DNA of 62,982 nt, filler included, from an uncultured Methanosarcinales archaeon (lineage in GTDB: Archaea; Nanobdellota; Nanobdellia; Woesearchaeales; CAYNLP01): the NCBI GenBank assembly GCA_964398115.1. It is 7 parts of 7 records of this genome, joined end to end, with 100 filler letters (N's around TTAATTAATTAA, not from the genome) between each part and the next. Parts side by side here need not be neighbours in the genome. Positions count along the whole stretch, not along the records: positions 50,084 to 58,360 come from CAYNLP010000032.1; positions 58,461 to 62,982 come from CAYNLP010000038.1; 5 more parts are not named here. One strand, given 5' to 3'. Below the pieces are notes generated by a model that searched no databases, had not been told where the DNA came from, and was given only the letters and a program-made list of their open reading frames with translations. A program made the position numbers and the translations under genes. Below, piece after piece: positions 50,084-58,813 of the stretch. Within the stretch, counting starts at the first letter, position 1. Each line of letters begins with the position of its first letter.

Positions 50084-50421
50084 TGCCAGTAGGTTGTGAA
50101 GGAACAGTTGGTGCGTGGGTGGAAGATGAGAAGAGTTTGCTCGCGGCTTTGTTGTTGATGAAGCGTGGTTGTGATGTGATTCCTTATGGAGATGATGTTG
50201 GTGTAGAAATTTTAGAGAAGTTTGGTTGCAGTTTTGACTTTAGAGAGAGTGATGATATTTCGGATGTTGAAGGTTTTGACGTTAAAGCTTTGGTGGTGAA
50301 TGACACCCTTAAAAGATTTAAACGATACGATGTTTCTATGCCTGTACTAAGGCCTCTCGTTGGATTGACTGAAGACGAAATAAAGGAGAGATTGGAGGAT
50401 TATCGTGAAAGTTTATGTTGA
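50084..50421 (+). CDS. ThiI-like protein C-terminal part (5' partial, degenerate)
   Basis: PVG..G, SLLAALLLMKRG, PVLRPLVG; next to a sulfur-carrier gene. Confidence 0.6.
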
Positions 50422-50599
50422 AAGATCGGATGAAAGTATTGAGTTAAGTTTTGAAGGAACAGCGAAGGAGTTAATGGATGAGTTAGATGTTAATCCAGAA
50501 GCTGTTCTTATAGTTAGGAATGGGGATGTCGTGACGGAAGATGCGGAGTTGAGTGATGATGACGAAGTCGAATTTAGAAGCATTGTCAGTGGAGGGTGA
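50405..50599 (+). CDS. ThiS/MoaD ubiquitin-like sulfur carrier (SAMP)
   Basis: 64 aa, RNGDVV, C-terminal SGG. Confidence 0.9.
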   Translation: MKVYVERSDESIELSFEGTAKELMDELDVNPEAVLIVRNGDVVTEDAELSDDDEVEFRSIVSGG

Positions 50600-51323
50600 A
50601 GGTGTTTCTGAAAGTGTTGTAACTTCAGATCTGGTTTTGAAGCTTCAAGAATGGATTTCTGATAACGATTTGGTTATGGAAGATTCTAACGGTCGTGTTT
50701 ATGAAAATGTTGTATTGGATGATTTTGAAGGTGGCGAGGATTATTTCTATATTCGGGGTGTTTACGATGGTGTAGAAAAGAGGGGTGCGGTTTTGGTCGG
50801 TGATAAGAAGCCGGTGGTTGAGAAGTTTCAGGATGAGTTAAAGACTGGTTTCTACGTGGATCAGGGGAGGGAGAGAGTTTTGGATGAAGGGTTTCCTCCT
50901 AAGGAATTTGCGGTTTATAGAGATACGAGAGTGGAAGAGTTGTCTGATCTTGTTCAATCTCGGTTGTTGAGAGTGGAAGAGGATTTGTCTTTGGATGAGG
51001 TTTGTTCTAGGATTGAGGATGTTGCCGATCGTCGTGATAAGAAAATCGAAGCTCATATGAGGGTGGGTGAAGAGAGTTATACTTTGCATGCGAGTAATCC
51101 TTTGGTTTTGAAGGATGTTAGTTTTGAAAGTGAAGTTTTTACTTTGACTTTTAGCGGTCAGCGTGCTAATCCTAGTTGGCGTGTTGAGTTATGTAGGGAT
51201 CCGAGAGTTGCGTTTTTTGAGTTGAGGGATGGTTTTTATTTGAGTAAGAAGTTTAGGGATAAGGATGATAGGTATGAAGGTATTTATTTAGTTAAGGATG
51301 AGCGTGACATCGTTGGGGGTTAG
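50553..51323 (+). CDS. Acidic hypothetical protein (start uncertain)
   Basis: Long ORF after the SAMP gene. Confidence 0.55.
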   Translation: MMMTKSNLEALSVEGEGVSESVVTSDLVLKLQEWISDNDLVMEDSNGRVYENVVLDDFEGGEDYFYIRGVYDGVEKRGAVLVGDKKPVVEKFQDELKTGFYVDQGRERVLDEGFPPKEFAVYRDTRVEELSDLVQSRLLRVEEDLSLDEVCSRIEDVADRRDKKIEAHMRVGEESYTLHASNPLVLKDVSFESEVFTLTFSGQRANPSWRVELCRDPRVAFFELRDGFYLSKKFRDKDDRYEGIYLVKDERDIVGG

Positions 51324-51640
51324 CTTTGATAGTTTACTTTTGGTATTCTTTTCCAGTCGTAGCCTTGTTCTGTTTTAATGTTGCAGTATGTGTGTTCGGG
51401 CCTGCCGAAGCCTTCCCAGTAGATGACTCCGTTTATTTCATCTGGTAGGTCTTGGTCGTTTTGTATGGCGTATATGTTTGATTCTGTCTTGACGGGGATT
51501 CCTTCTTCACAAGAACTTTCTTCCATTAGTGTGGCTTCTATAGTTCTCCAGTGGTCTGAGCATCCGACGGTTAGCGCTGTTATCAGAGCGGTTAGGGTTG
51601 CTGTCTTTTTCACTGTAATTTTGAATACGCTTTTTTGTCT
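51320..51640 (-). CDS. Putative lipoprotein (start uncertain)
   Basis: KKTATLTALITALTVGC lipobox-like motif. Confidence 0.45.
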   Translation of the reverse strand, partial: RQKSVFKITVKKTATLTALITALTVGCSDHWRTIEATLMEESSCEEGIPVKTESNIYAIQNDQDLPDEINGVIYWEGFGRPEHTYCNIKTEQGYDWKRIPKVNYQS

Positions 51641-51648
51641 TTTTATTT

Positions 51649-52035
51649 TTAGGGGTGTAGTTGTTTTACTTTGTGTTTGATTTGTTTGTACGCTTCTCTT
51701 GGTGTAATCATAGTTGTGATGGGATCGTTCACGTTCCATAGTTGTATGTTGTATGCTTCGTCATAGTTTTGTTCTAAGTGTCTTTTGTGGTGTGGTTTCA
51801 TAGCTATTATTTTGTCGGCGCGTCTGATTGCTTCTTTATTTACTTGTTCTGGATTTGGCTTGACGTATTGTAGTGCGTCGTCTTTTTCTAAGAGTTTTTT
51901 AGCGTTTTCAGCTATCTTTGAAGCTTTGCTTGTGCCTCTGCTTTCTACTTCTAGGTTGGGTTTGTATTTTCTGGTGAGTGCTTCTGCGGTGGGGCTTCGG
52001 AAGCTGTTGCCGGTGCAGATGTATAGTATTCGCAT
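51649..52035 (-). CDS. LMW-PTP/arsenate reductase family protein
   Basis: ILYICTGNSFRSPTAE P-loop; WNVNDP. Confidence 0.88.
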   Translation of the reverse strand: MRILYICTGNSFRSPTAEALTRKYKPNLEVESRGTSKASKIAENAKKLLEKDDALQYVKPNPEQVNKEAIRRADKIIAMKPHHKRHLEQNYDEAYNIQLWNVNDPITTMITPREAYKQIKHKVKQLHP

Positions 52036-52297
52036 AACTCTTTATATTGGTAGAACAAAGTTATAATTGTTTTTCTTTGTAGCAGTAGAAGTTAATTATT
52101 TGAGTTGATCTATCATGTTGATGTCTGTAATGCTTTTCGGGTCCATGCCTTTGATTCTTTTCTCTTCCTGTTTGATCTTATTGATGATTCCTGGATTTTC
52201 TAATACTTCTTCCGTAGCGTCTTCCATTTCCAAGTCTTTCATTTCCATACTTTTTCTTTATTGTTTCTTGTTTTATAAGAGTGGTGGAAAAACTTAA

Positions 52298-52510
52298 ATG
52301 TGTGTGGTTGGTAAGTTGAGATTGATGTTTGGAAGCAGTTTAGAGAATGAAAGCATGCGTGCCTTGAAAGAAGAAGTAGAAGAACTCTTACAAGAATATG
52401 ATGAGGTTATGTCAAAAGTAAAAGATGAGAAAGAAGAGAACAGAGTGCGGCGGGAAGTCGCTAAACAACTAGAGAAGATTTCTGACGATTTCAAAACTGG
52501 CCGGATTTAA
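52298..52510 (+). CDS. Small coiled-coil hypothetical protein
   Basis: Short charged ORF. Confidence 0.35.
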   Translation: MCVVGKLRLMFGSSLENESMRALKEEVEELLQEYDEVMSKVKDEKEENRVRREVAKQLEKISDDFKTGRI

Positions 52511-52566
52511 AAGCAGTGGACATTTGTGTGTAAAACTTATAACTAACCCATCCTTTTCTAGATTTT

Positions 52567-54003
52567 ATGAAGTTGATTTCGAAAAGCACGTACATGAAAG
52601 GTTTGCAATGTCCACGTCTTCTTTGGTTTAAAGTTAACAATCCTGAAGCCATCCCGGATTATGATGAGGCTACTAAGGCGAGGTTTAAGCAGGGAAGGCA
52701 GATTGGAGAAGTAGCGCAGGAGCTTTTTCCTGAAGGAGAGTTGGTTAGTTTTGGAGATTTTAATAAGACGATTGAAGACACTGAAGAGTTGGTTGAAGAC
52801 AGGGTCACGGTTTTCGAGGCGAGTTTCAAAGCAGACGACTTGTATTGTAGGGTTGACATTTTAGAAAAAGTAGATGGTGGTTGGAACTTGATCGAGGTTA
52901 AAAGCAGTACTCGTGTTAAGGACCAGTATATTGAGGATGTCGCGTTTCAAAAGTATTGTTTGGATAAAGCCGGCGTTGACATTCAGGATTGTTACGTCAT
53001 GCATATCAATAATCAATATGTACGAAGTGGTGAGGTTGAGCCAAGAAAGTTGTTTGAGAAGGAAAGCGTTACTGAAGAGGTTGAGAATAAGCAGGAGGAG
53101 GTTGAGAATAATTTGGATAATATGAGGCGTGTGATTAAAATTCCGGATGCTCCTAACGTTCCTGTTGGTCCGCATCGTACCACTCCTTACGATTGTCCAT
53201 TGGAGGAGAAGTGTTGTAGTTCCATGCCGGAGCATGACGTTACCGAACTGTTTTATATTGGAGATGACGCTTGGGACTTGGCGGATGACGGGATTTTCAA
53301 AATTAAGGATATTCCTGAAGATTATAGGTTGAGTCCTAATCAACAGACTCAGTACGAGGCGGTGGTGAATGAAGAACCACAAATAGATCAGGATAAAATC
53401 AAAGAATTTTTAGAAGGTTTTGAGGAACCTATTTATTTCTTGGATTTTGAGGCTTTCATGACTGCTATTCCTTTGTTTGATGGGGTTAGGCCTTATCAGA
53501 CGATTCCTTTCCAGTTTTCTCTACATAAACTTGAGGATGGTGAGGTTGAACATTATGAGTACTTATACAAAGGAGAGGGTGATCCTAGGCCGGAGTTGGC
53601 GGAAGAGTTGCAAGTCATTGGTGAGAGGGGTAGTATTGTAGCGTTTAACACGCGTTTTGAAAAGCGGATGTTAGATCAGTTAAGTCAGGCTTCACGGTAT
53701 AGTTTTGACAGTTTGAAAAGTCGTTTTGTTGATTTGGCTACGCCTTTCAAGAACTTTTGGTATTATGATCCGGAGCAGCATGGGAGTTATAGTTTGAAGA
53801 ACGTCCTTCCTTGTATTGTTGGTAGTGATTATGATGGTTTGGAGATTGATGATGGTGACTTGGCTCAGAGAGAATTTGTCCGGGTGAATTACAACGATGC
53901 GAGTGATGAAGAAAGGGTTAGGGAGCAATTGCTTAAGTATTGTGAGCAAGACACTTATAGTTTGATTGAAATCATGCAAGAATTGAAGAGAATTGTTAGT
54001 TAG
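52567..54003 (+). CDS. DUF2779-containing RecB/Cas4-like nuclease with RNase H-like domain
   Basis: ISKS..GLQCPR.LW; RVDIL...IEVKSST; FLDFE; IPFQFSLH; SLKNVLP; YCEQDT. Confidence 0.85.
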   Translation: MKLISKSTYMKGLQCPRLLWFKVNNPEAIPDYDEATKARFKQGRQIGEVAQELFPEGELVSFGDFNKTIEDTEELVEDRVTVFEASFKADDLYCRVDILEKVDGGWNLIEVKSSTRVKDQYIEDVAFQKYCLDKAGVDIQDCYVMHINNQYVRSGEVEPRKLFEKESVTEEVENKQEEVENNLDNMRRVIKIPDAPNVPVGPHRTTPYDCPLEEKCCSSMPEHDVTELFYIGDDAWDLADDGIFKIKDIPEDYRLSPNQQTQYEAVVNEEPQIDQDKIKEFLEGFEEPIYFLDFEAFMTAIPLFDGVRPYQTIPFQFSLHKLEDGEVEHYEYLYKGEGDPRPELAEELQVIGERGSIVAFNTRFEKRMLDQLSQASRYSFDSLKSRFVDLATPFKNFWYYDPEQHGSYSLKNVLPCIVGSDYDGLEIDDGDLAQREFVRVNYNDASDEERVREQLLKYCEQDTYSLIEIMQELKRIVS

Positions 54004-54859
54004 ATCCGTTGGTTTTTTCTGCTAGTGTTTCTCTAACTATTGGGTATTCTAAAAGGTTTTCTTGCATGTTTGTTCTGGCTCTGTTTAGTCTGGATTTTAT
54101 AGTTCCTGATTTAACGCCAGTGATTTCAGAGATTTCTTTGTAACTTTTTCCTTCAAGTTCTCGTAGTTCTAAAACTGTTCGGTGGTGTGGTTTTAATTCT
54201 TGGAGAGATTCTTCTACTGCTTGCTTGAGTCGGTCGTCTTCTACTATGTGGTTAGCTAGTGGTTGGGTTGATCTTTCCGGTCCGGCGATGAAATCTATTT
54301 CTCTTATGTGTCCTTGTTCGAATTCTTCTTCTATAAGGTAGTTGACTGAGTCTACTGGGTTTCTGGCTTCGTTTCTTTTCTCGTTTTTTGACAGGTTTTC
54401 TGCTGCTTTTAGTATGTAACTTCCTAGCTGTCTCCAACTTTTTGTCGGGTCTAGTGTGTGGTATCTTTTGAATATTCGGAATAATGCTTTTTGTGTGACG
54501 TCTTCAGCTTTCTCTTGGGTTTTGAGTTCTTCTCTTGCTTTCTTTTTTAGTTTGTTTCTGAATGCTTTTGCGGTTATTTCGAATTCAGGTAGTTCGTCGT
54601 TTATGATTGACTCTATGAATTGTTGTTCGTATTTGTTTCTGTCTTCGAAGTCGTCTGGTTTGCCTTCCATTAGGTGTTTGTACATTTCTTGTTCGTATTC
54701 TTGTGTTAGGATTTGTGTGAGTTGGGTTCTGGCTTTTGTCATTCTTTTGTTGATTGTGTCTTGGCTTACGTTTTCTTTTTCTGCTATGAGGTCGTGTGGC
54801 ATTCTTGCTTTTTCTCGGTATTGTAGTGTTTTGGCTAGTGTGTGGTTTTGTTTTTGCAA
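53996..54859 (-). CDS. ECF (RpoE-like) sigma-70-family protein with extra N-terminal HTH
   Basis: sigma2: AEDVTQKALFRIFKRYHTLD..SYILKAAEN; sigma4: LKPHHRTVLELRELEGKSYKEISEITGVKSGTIKSRLNRAR; N-terminal LIAEKENVSQDTINKRMTKAR. Confidence 0.8.
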   Translation of the reverse strand: MQKQNHTLAKTLQYREKARMPHDLIAEKENVSQDTINKRMTKARTQLTQILTQEYEQEMYKHLMEGKPDDFEDRNKYEQQFIESIINDELPEFEITAKAFRNKLKKKAREELKTQEKAEDVTQKALFRIFKRYHTLDPTKSWRQLGSYILKAAENLSKNEKRNEARNPVDSVNYLIEEEFEQGHIREIDFIAGPERSTQPLANHIVEDDRLKQAVEESLQELKPHHRTVLELRELEGKSYKEISEITGVKSGTIKSRLNRARTNMQENLLEYPIVRETLAEKTNGSN

Positions 54860-54893
54860 AAACTTATAAATTACAAATGTTTACATTCGTAAT

Positions 54894-55397
54894 ATGTTTG
54901 TTGTTGATGCATCCACACTGATACTTTTGGCCAAAGCCACCGCTTTGCGCAAACTAGCCGAGGAAAAAGAATTAGTTATAACGGAAAAAGTAAGGGAAGA
55001 AGTTGTTGAAAGCGATACCTTCGACGCCAAGCTCATACAAAAGCTCATAAGGGAAGAATTGATAGAAGTGGAAGAAGTTCACACAGATCAAGACTTAATT
55101 GAGGAATTCAGGCTGGATGAAGGCGAAGCATCCACTTATGAATTATATGACGACCACGCTTTGATAGCCACTGATGACAAGCAACTGATCAAACTATGCA
55201 GGTTAGAAGAGATACCTTTCGCATCCTCCATGCCGCTGCTGGTGAGAATGTATGAAAAAGACTTGCTCGGCAAGGCAGAAACGCTGTCAAAGCTGGAAAG
55301 ATTAAATGAACAAGGCTGGTATTCAGAAAATTTTTACGAAAGAATGAAGGAAGAGGTGAAAGATGATGAAGACGATGTCGATTCGGATGAATCCTGA
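54894..55397 (+). CDS. PIN-domain toxin (DUF3368-like)
   Basis: VVDASTLI, LDEGEAS, IATDD. Confidence 0.85.
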   Translation: MFVVDASTLILLAKATALRKLAEEKELVITEKVREEVVESDTFDAKLIQKLIREELIEVEEVHTDQDLIEEFRLDEGEASTYELYDDHALIATDDKQLIKLCRLEEIPFASSMPLLVRMYEKDLLGKAETLSKLERLNEQGWYSENFYERMKEEVKDDEDDVDSDES

Positions 55398-55650
55398 AGG
55401 ACTTGACGAGTTTTCAAAGGTTTTGAGAGAGAACAGGTCAGAGGTAGTCAGAGAACTAGTTGAAGAAGGCAGGAAAAGGAAAGCAGTTAATCTGTTTAAA
55501 GAAGACAAGGTCAGTCTGGGCTTTGGCGCTAAATTGGCAGGCGTGACCATAACCGAGTTTCTAGACTTGTTAGAAGAACACGACGTGAAGTTAAACCTTG
55601 ATGAAAGAGATGCGGAAGAAGCTTTAGAAAACGTGAGAGAAAAGTGGTAG
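55363..55650 (+). CDS. UPF0175-family antitoxin
   Basis: RHH-like N-terminus (RSEVVREL); AVNLFKEDKVSLGFGAKLAG...EFLDLL. Confidence 0.8.
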   Translation: MMKTMSIRMNPEGLDEFSKVLRENRSEVVRELVEEGRKRKAVNLFKEDKVSLGFGAKLAGVTITEFLDLLEEHDVKLNLDERDAEEALENVREKW

Positions 55651-55791
55651 ATGTCAGCCAAAGGCTGATGGTTGCCAAATATAGTTTCGCAAGAATTAGT
55701 ATTCGAAAACAGAGTTTTTCGCAAATGATTGGTATGATGAAATAGTTGAAATAATAAAAGTTATGAAAGAAAGTCTCTTACTTTAAATGGT

Positions 55792-56277
55792 ATGGAGAAG
55801 AAAAAGTTGTATGGCGAAGAAGTATATGTGAAGGAAGGTGTTTATACACCTAACTATAATGTTCTCAAAGATAAGATATTTGTGGGGAATGATTTCCCTC
55901 GAGATTTAACTGATGAAGAAGCTGAAGCAGTTTTACTGCATGAAGCTTGGCACAAAAGTAGAGGAACATTTTATCGTTTAGGTTCTTTATCTCTTCTGTT
56001 TGTGAACGCGATCATCGCTTTCAAATTTGTCCTTACTTGGTATCATATCTTTCTTATCATACTAGCAGATTTGTCCATACTCATACCCTTTGCTAGGAGA
56101 GAAGAATATCTAGCCGATGAACACAGTATAAAAAAAGGCGGATCTACAGACGGTCTCATGACCGCCTTGAAAAAACTAGGGGAAGAAGATCGGCCAGTCT
56201 GGTACAAGCTTTATGGCAAAATCACTCACCCTACTGACGAAGATAGAAAAAAGAATTTAGAACAGAAAAACTTCTAA
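55792..56277 (+). CDS. M48 (HtpX-like) zinc metallopeptidase
   Basis: AVLLHEAWH, EYLAD, ALKKL, THP..DR. Confidence 0.8.
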   Translation: MEKKKLYGEEVYVKEGVYTPNYNVLKDKIFVGNDFPRDLTDEEAEAVLLHEAWHKSRGTFYRLGSLSLLFVNAIIAFKFVLTWYHIFLIILADLSILIPFARREEYLADEHSIKKGGSTDGLMTALKKLGEEDRPVWYKLYGKITHPTDEDRKKNLEQKNF

Positions 56278-56314
56278 AAAAATATTGAAAAATAGAAAGA
56301 AAAAAGAAATAGTG

Positions 56315-56365
56315 TTTAGCAACAAATCACAGAGCGATTTGAGTTTTGTGAGCTTCGCTCGCTGT
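56315..56365 (+). repeat. Partial copy of the inter-cassette hairpin repeat
   Basis: CAAATC-ACAGAGC-GATTTG hairpin, then GTGAGC-TTC-GCTCGC. Confidence 0.5.
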
Positions 56366-56414
56366 TTTCATTTTAGAACTAGATGATTTTCAGTTTTTTG
56401 AGTTGATTGAGGAG

Positions 56415-56609
56415 TTATTTTGAGATTGTTTTTATCTTTTTTTGTTTGAAGAACTTTGATGCTTTTTGTATTTCCACTCCTATTATGTCGTCGTTTTCGT
56501 CTAGTTCTAAGTTTATTCCTGGGATTATTTCTTCGAATTTGTCTTCTTTTCCTTCTTTTACGTTGATGTATATGAGGTTGTTTTCTTTGTCGTAGTGGTA
56601 TTTTTTCAT
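56415..56609 (-). CDS. DUF2283-family small protein
   Basis: YDKENNLIYI...GINLELDENDDIIGVEIQKAS. Confidence 0.8.
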   Translation of the reverse strand: MKKYHYDKENNLIYINVKEGKEDKFEEIIPGINLELDENDDIIGVEIQKASKFFKQKKIKTISK

Positions 56610-56653
56610 TTTTCTTTCCACCTCTTCCTTTCCAGGCGGTTGTTTATTTAGTT

Positions 56654-56986
56654 TTATTGTTTATTTTGTTCTTTTTTCTCATTTAATTGTTCTAATATGT
56701 TTTGTATTATGTCCCAGATTATTTCCAGGTCTAGTGAGTGGTATTTGTGGTAGGCTATGTTTCGGAAGTCTTTGATTTTTTGCCATGGTACTTCTTCGTG
56801 TTTTTCTTTCACGTTTTCTTGTAATTGGCTGACGGCTTCTCCTATGAGTCCTAGGTTCTATACGACTGCGTCTATTGTTTTATCGTCTTGTTTGAATTCT
56901 TCAAAAGTCGTGTCAGAAGTGTAGTCTTTGGCTTTTTCTATCGCTTGTTTTATGTCTTTCAGGTAGAGGTCAGATCTCCGCTTCAA
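56654..56986 (-). pseudogene. hepT: HepT-like (DUF86, HEPN) RNase toxin with premature TAG at 56858-56860
   Basis: Hand translation: YLKDIKQAIEK...DAVV*NLGLIGEA...VPWQKIKDFRNIAYHKYHSLDLEIIWD (Rx4H motif). Confidence 0.85.
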
Positions 56987-57269
56987 CTTGTCTGCCTCCG
57001 AGGATGCTGGGTTTTAGTTCTTCTCTTACTAGTCTTTTTTTGACAAGGTCTATTTCTTTGTTGAACAGGTTTTCTAAATAGTTTTTTAGGCCGGTGTAGT
57101 CGTCGAACAGTCCTCTTCCTTTTTTGAATTCTACTAGGAAGTCTAGGTCGCTGTCTTTTTCTGCGTGTCCGTTGGCGTGGCTTCCGAACAAGCTGATTTT
57201 TTCCACGCCGTAACTTTTAATTTCTTCCTTGTTATCCTCTATCTTTTTGATAACGTCTTCCGGTTTCAT
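56970..57269 (-). CDS. mntA: MntA minimal nucleotidyltransferase antitoxin
   Basis: LFGSHANG...DSDLDFLVEF; IDLV. Confidence 0.9.
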   Translation of the reverse strand: MKPEDVIKKIEDNKEEIKSYGVEKISLFGSHANGHAEKDSDLDFLVEFKKGRGLFDDYTGLKNYLENLFNKEIDLVKKRLVREELKPSILGGRQVEAEI

Positions 57270-57301
57270 ACTTGTAAAATATGTTTTAGAAGTATTTAAA
57301 A

Positions 57302-57430
57302 TTAACCTAGAAGATTTCGGAAATAATATTTGGTTTATATTTGAGAGGGAAAAGAGTTTCTTGGTAGCTATCGTCTTTGGCGATAGTTGTTGCGAGCTTC
57401 GCTCGTTTGCCGTAAATCAGGGATTTACTG
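57302..57430 (+). repeat. Inter-cassette repeat copy A (three hairpins)
   Basis: GTTTATAT..AGGGAAAAGAGTTTCTTGGTAGCTATC..GCGATAGTTGTT; GCGAGC-TTC-GCTCG; GTAAATC-AGG-GATTTAC. Confidence 0.7.
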
Positions 57431-57438
57431 TTTTTAAT

Positions 57439-57765
57439 TCATAATTGGAGAAGGTTTTTCATTTGTTTGTCTAACTTGTCCATTTGAGTTTTTCCTAGTT
57501 TTCCGACTTGTTTTTCCAGTCTTTCTTTGTCGATTGCTCTTGTTTGGAATGCGAGGACTATGCTGGGTTTGGACAGGCCGTTTTGTTTTGAGGGTTTGAC
57601 TTTGAAGGTGTGTGGGAAGTTGTTTGCTTGTTGTTTTGTTGTGAATGGTGTTGCCATTACTATGTTGACGTGTGGTTTGGACATTAGGGTTACGGGCCTT
57701 TTCCCGGCTTGTTCATGTGTGTTGGTAGACGGTAGCGTGACGTACCATACTTGTCCTTTTTTCAT
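57439..57765 (-). CDS. mazF: MazF/PemK toxin
   Basis: KGQVWYV, HEQAGKRP, NGLSKPS, QTRAIDKERL. Confidence 0.9.
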   Translation of the reverse strand: MKKGQVWYVTLPSTNTHEQAGKRPVTLMSKPHVNIVMATPFTTKQQANNFPHTFKVKPSKQNGLSKPSIVLAFQTRAIDKERLEKQVGKLGKTQMDKLDKQMKNLLQL

Positions 57766-57965
57766 AGGCTTTTCTCAAACTTGACGAGTGCTTCGTCGCT
57801 TAGTTTCTCCCATTGGTCGAATTCTTTTTTGATTTCTACGTATTCGTTAACGTCGTTTAAGAAGTGGAGGATTGCTTTGTCGACTAGTTCTTCTTCGTCT
57901 ATTCCTAGCTTTCTTGACGCTTCACTGATCTTTTTTTGAGTGTCTTCGGGTATGTCGATTTCCAT
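57762..57965 (-). CDS. Putative antitoxin of the MazF toxin
   Basis: 67 aa, acidic, ATGA overlap with the toxin, WEKLSDEAL tail. Confidence 0.7.
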   Translation of the reverse strand: MEIDIPEDTQKKISEASRKLGIDEEELVDKAILHFLNDVNEYVEIKKEFDQWEKLSDEALVKFEKSL

Positions 57966-57996
57966 GTTTGAGGTTAGGCTTTGATTGTTAATAAAG

Positions 57997-58122
57997 TTAA
58001 TCTAAAGATTTTCGGAAAGTATTTATTGTTTATATTGGAAAGGGAAAAAAGTTTCTTAGTAGCTATCACTTCGCGATAGTTGTTTCGCTTCGCGAGGTTA
58101 GGTGAAAACAAGCTTTTCGCAA
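57997..58122 (+). repeat. Inter-cassette repeat copy B (three hairpins)
   Basis: GTTTATAT..AGGGAAAAAAGTTTCTTAGTAGCTATC..GCGATAGTTGTT; TCGC-TTC-GCGA; GTGAAAA-CAAGC-TTTTCGC. Confidence 0.7.
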
Positions 58123-58208
58123 GTCTTTTGATATAGGGCTTTTAATTTGGAAATTTTACGGTTTTAGGAGATTAGGGTTTTATACTCTTTCTTTGTTCTA
58201 TTTTTGGT

Positions 58209-58360
58209 ATGGCGGAGAGGTATTATCTGGATACGAGCACGTGGAGGGATTACTATGAGGACAGGTACGGTCCGGGCGGGAGGCCTTTGGGAGGTTATGC
58301 TGCGGATGTCTTCATCAAGATAATGAGGGAGGAAAGCAAGTTGCTGTATTCTGATTTGAT
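58209..58360 (+). CDS. PIN-domain protein (3' partial)
   Basis: YYLDTSTWRDYYEDR...LLYSDL. Confidence 0.65.
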
Positions 58361-58460
58361 NNNNNNNNNNNNNNNNNNNNNNNNNNNNNNNNNNNNNNNN
58401 NNNNTTAATTAATTAANNNNNNNNNNNNNNNNNNNNNNNNNNNNNNNNNNNNNNNNNNNN

Positions 58461-58813
58461 GCATGGTACTAGTCGACACTCTAACCAGCCTTTATCGAGT
58501 AGAGATGAACAGTGAAGACAATTACGATTTGAATAAGAGATTGGCTAAACAACTACACGACCTCGTTGAACTAGCAAGGAACAAAAAAATTCCAGTGATA
58601 GTGACAGGACAAGTCTACCAAGACTTTGAAAATCCCGACCAACTCAACGTCGTTGGAGGAACAATAGTTCAAAACATGAGCAAATGCTTACTTGAGCTAA
58701 GAAAAGAAAACGATCACAGAAAACTCATAGTGAAGAAACACAGAGCAATGCCAGAAGGAAAAAGTTTCGAATTCAAAATAACCAGTGAAGGCATAGAAGA
58801 GGTACAAAAATGA
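58461..58813 (+). CDS. radB: RadB C-terminal part (5' partial)
   Basis: LVDT..SLYR, PVIVTGQVY, VGG....SK..L.L, KHR.MPEG...F.IT..GI. Confidence 0.85.

Noticed and set aside
48420..56860. Stop-codon reassignment suggested by in-frame stops in the sigma and hepT genes
   Set aside because: The stops differ (TAA and TAG), and both codons terminate many normal genes here; pseudogenisation or error is simpler
57302..58122. CRISPR array
   Set aside because: Repeats are long, imperfect and separated by whole genes; there are no regular 30-40-nt spacers or cas operon, and DUF2779 is only Cas4-like
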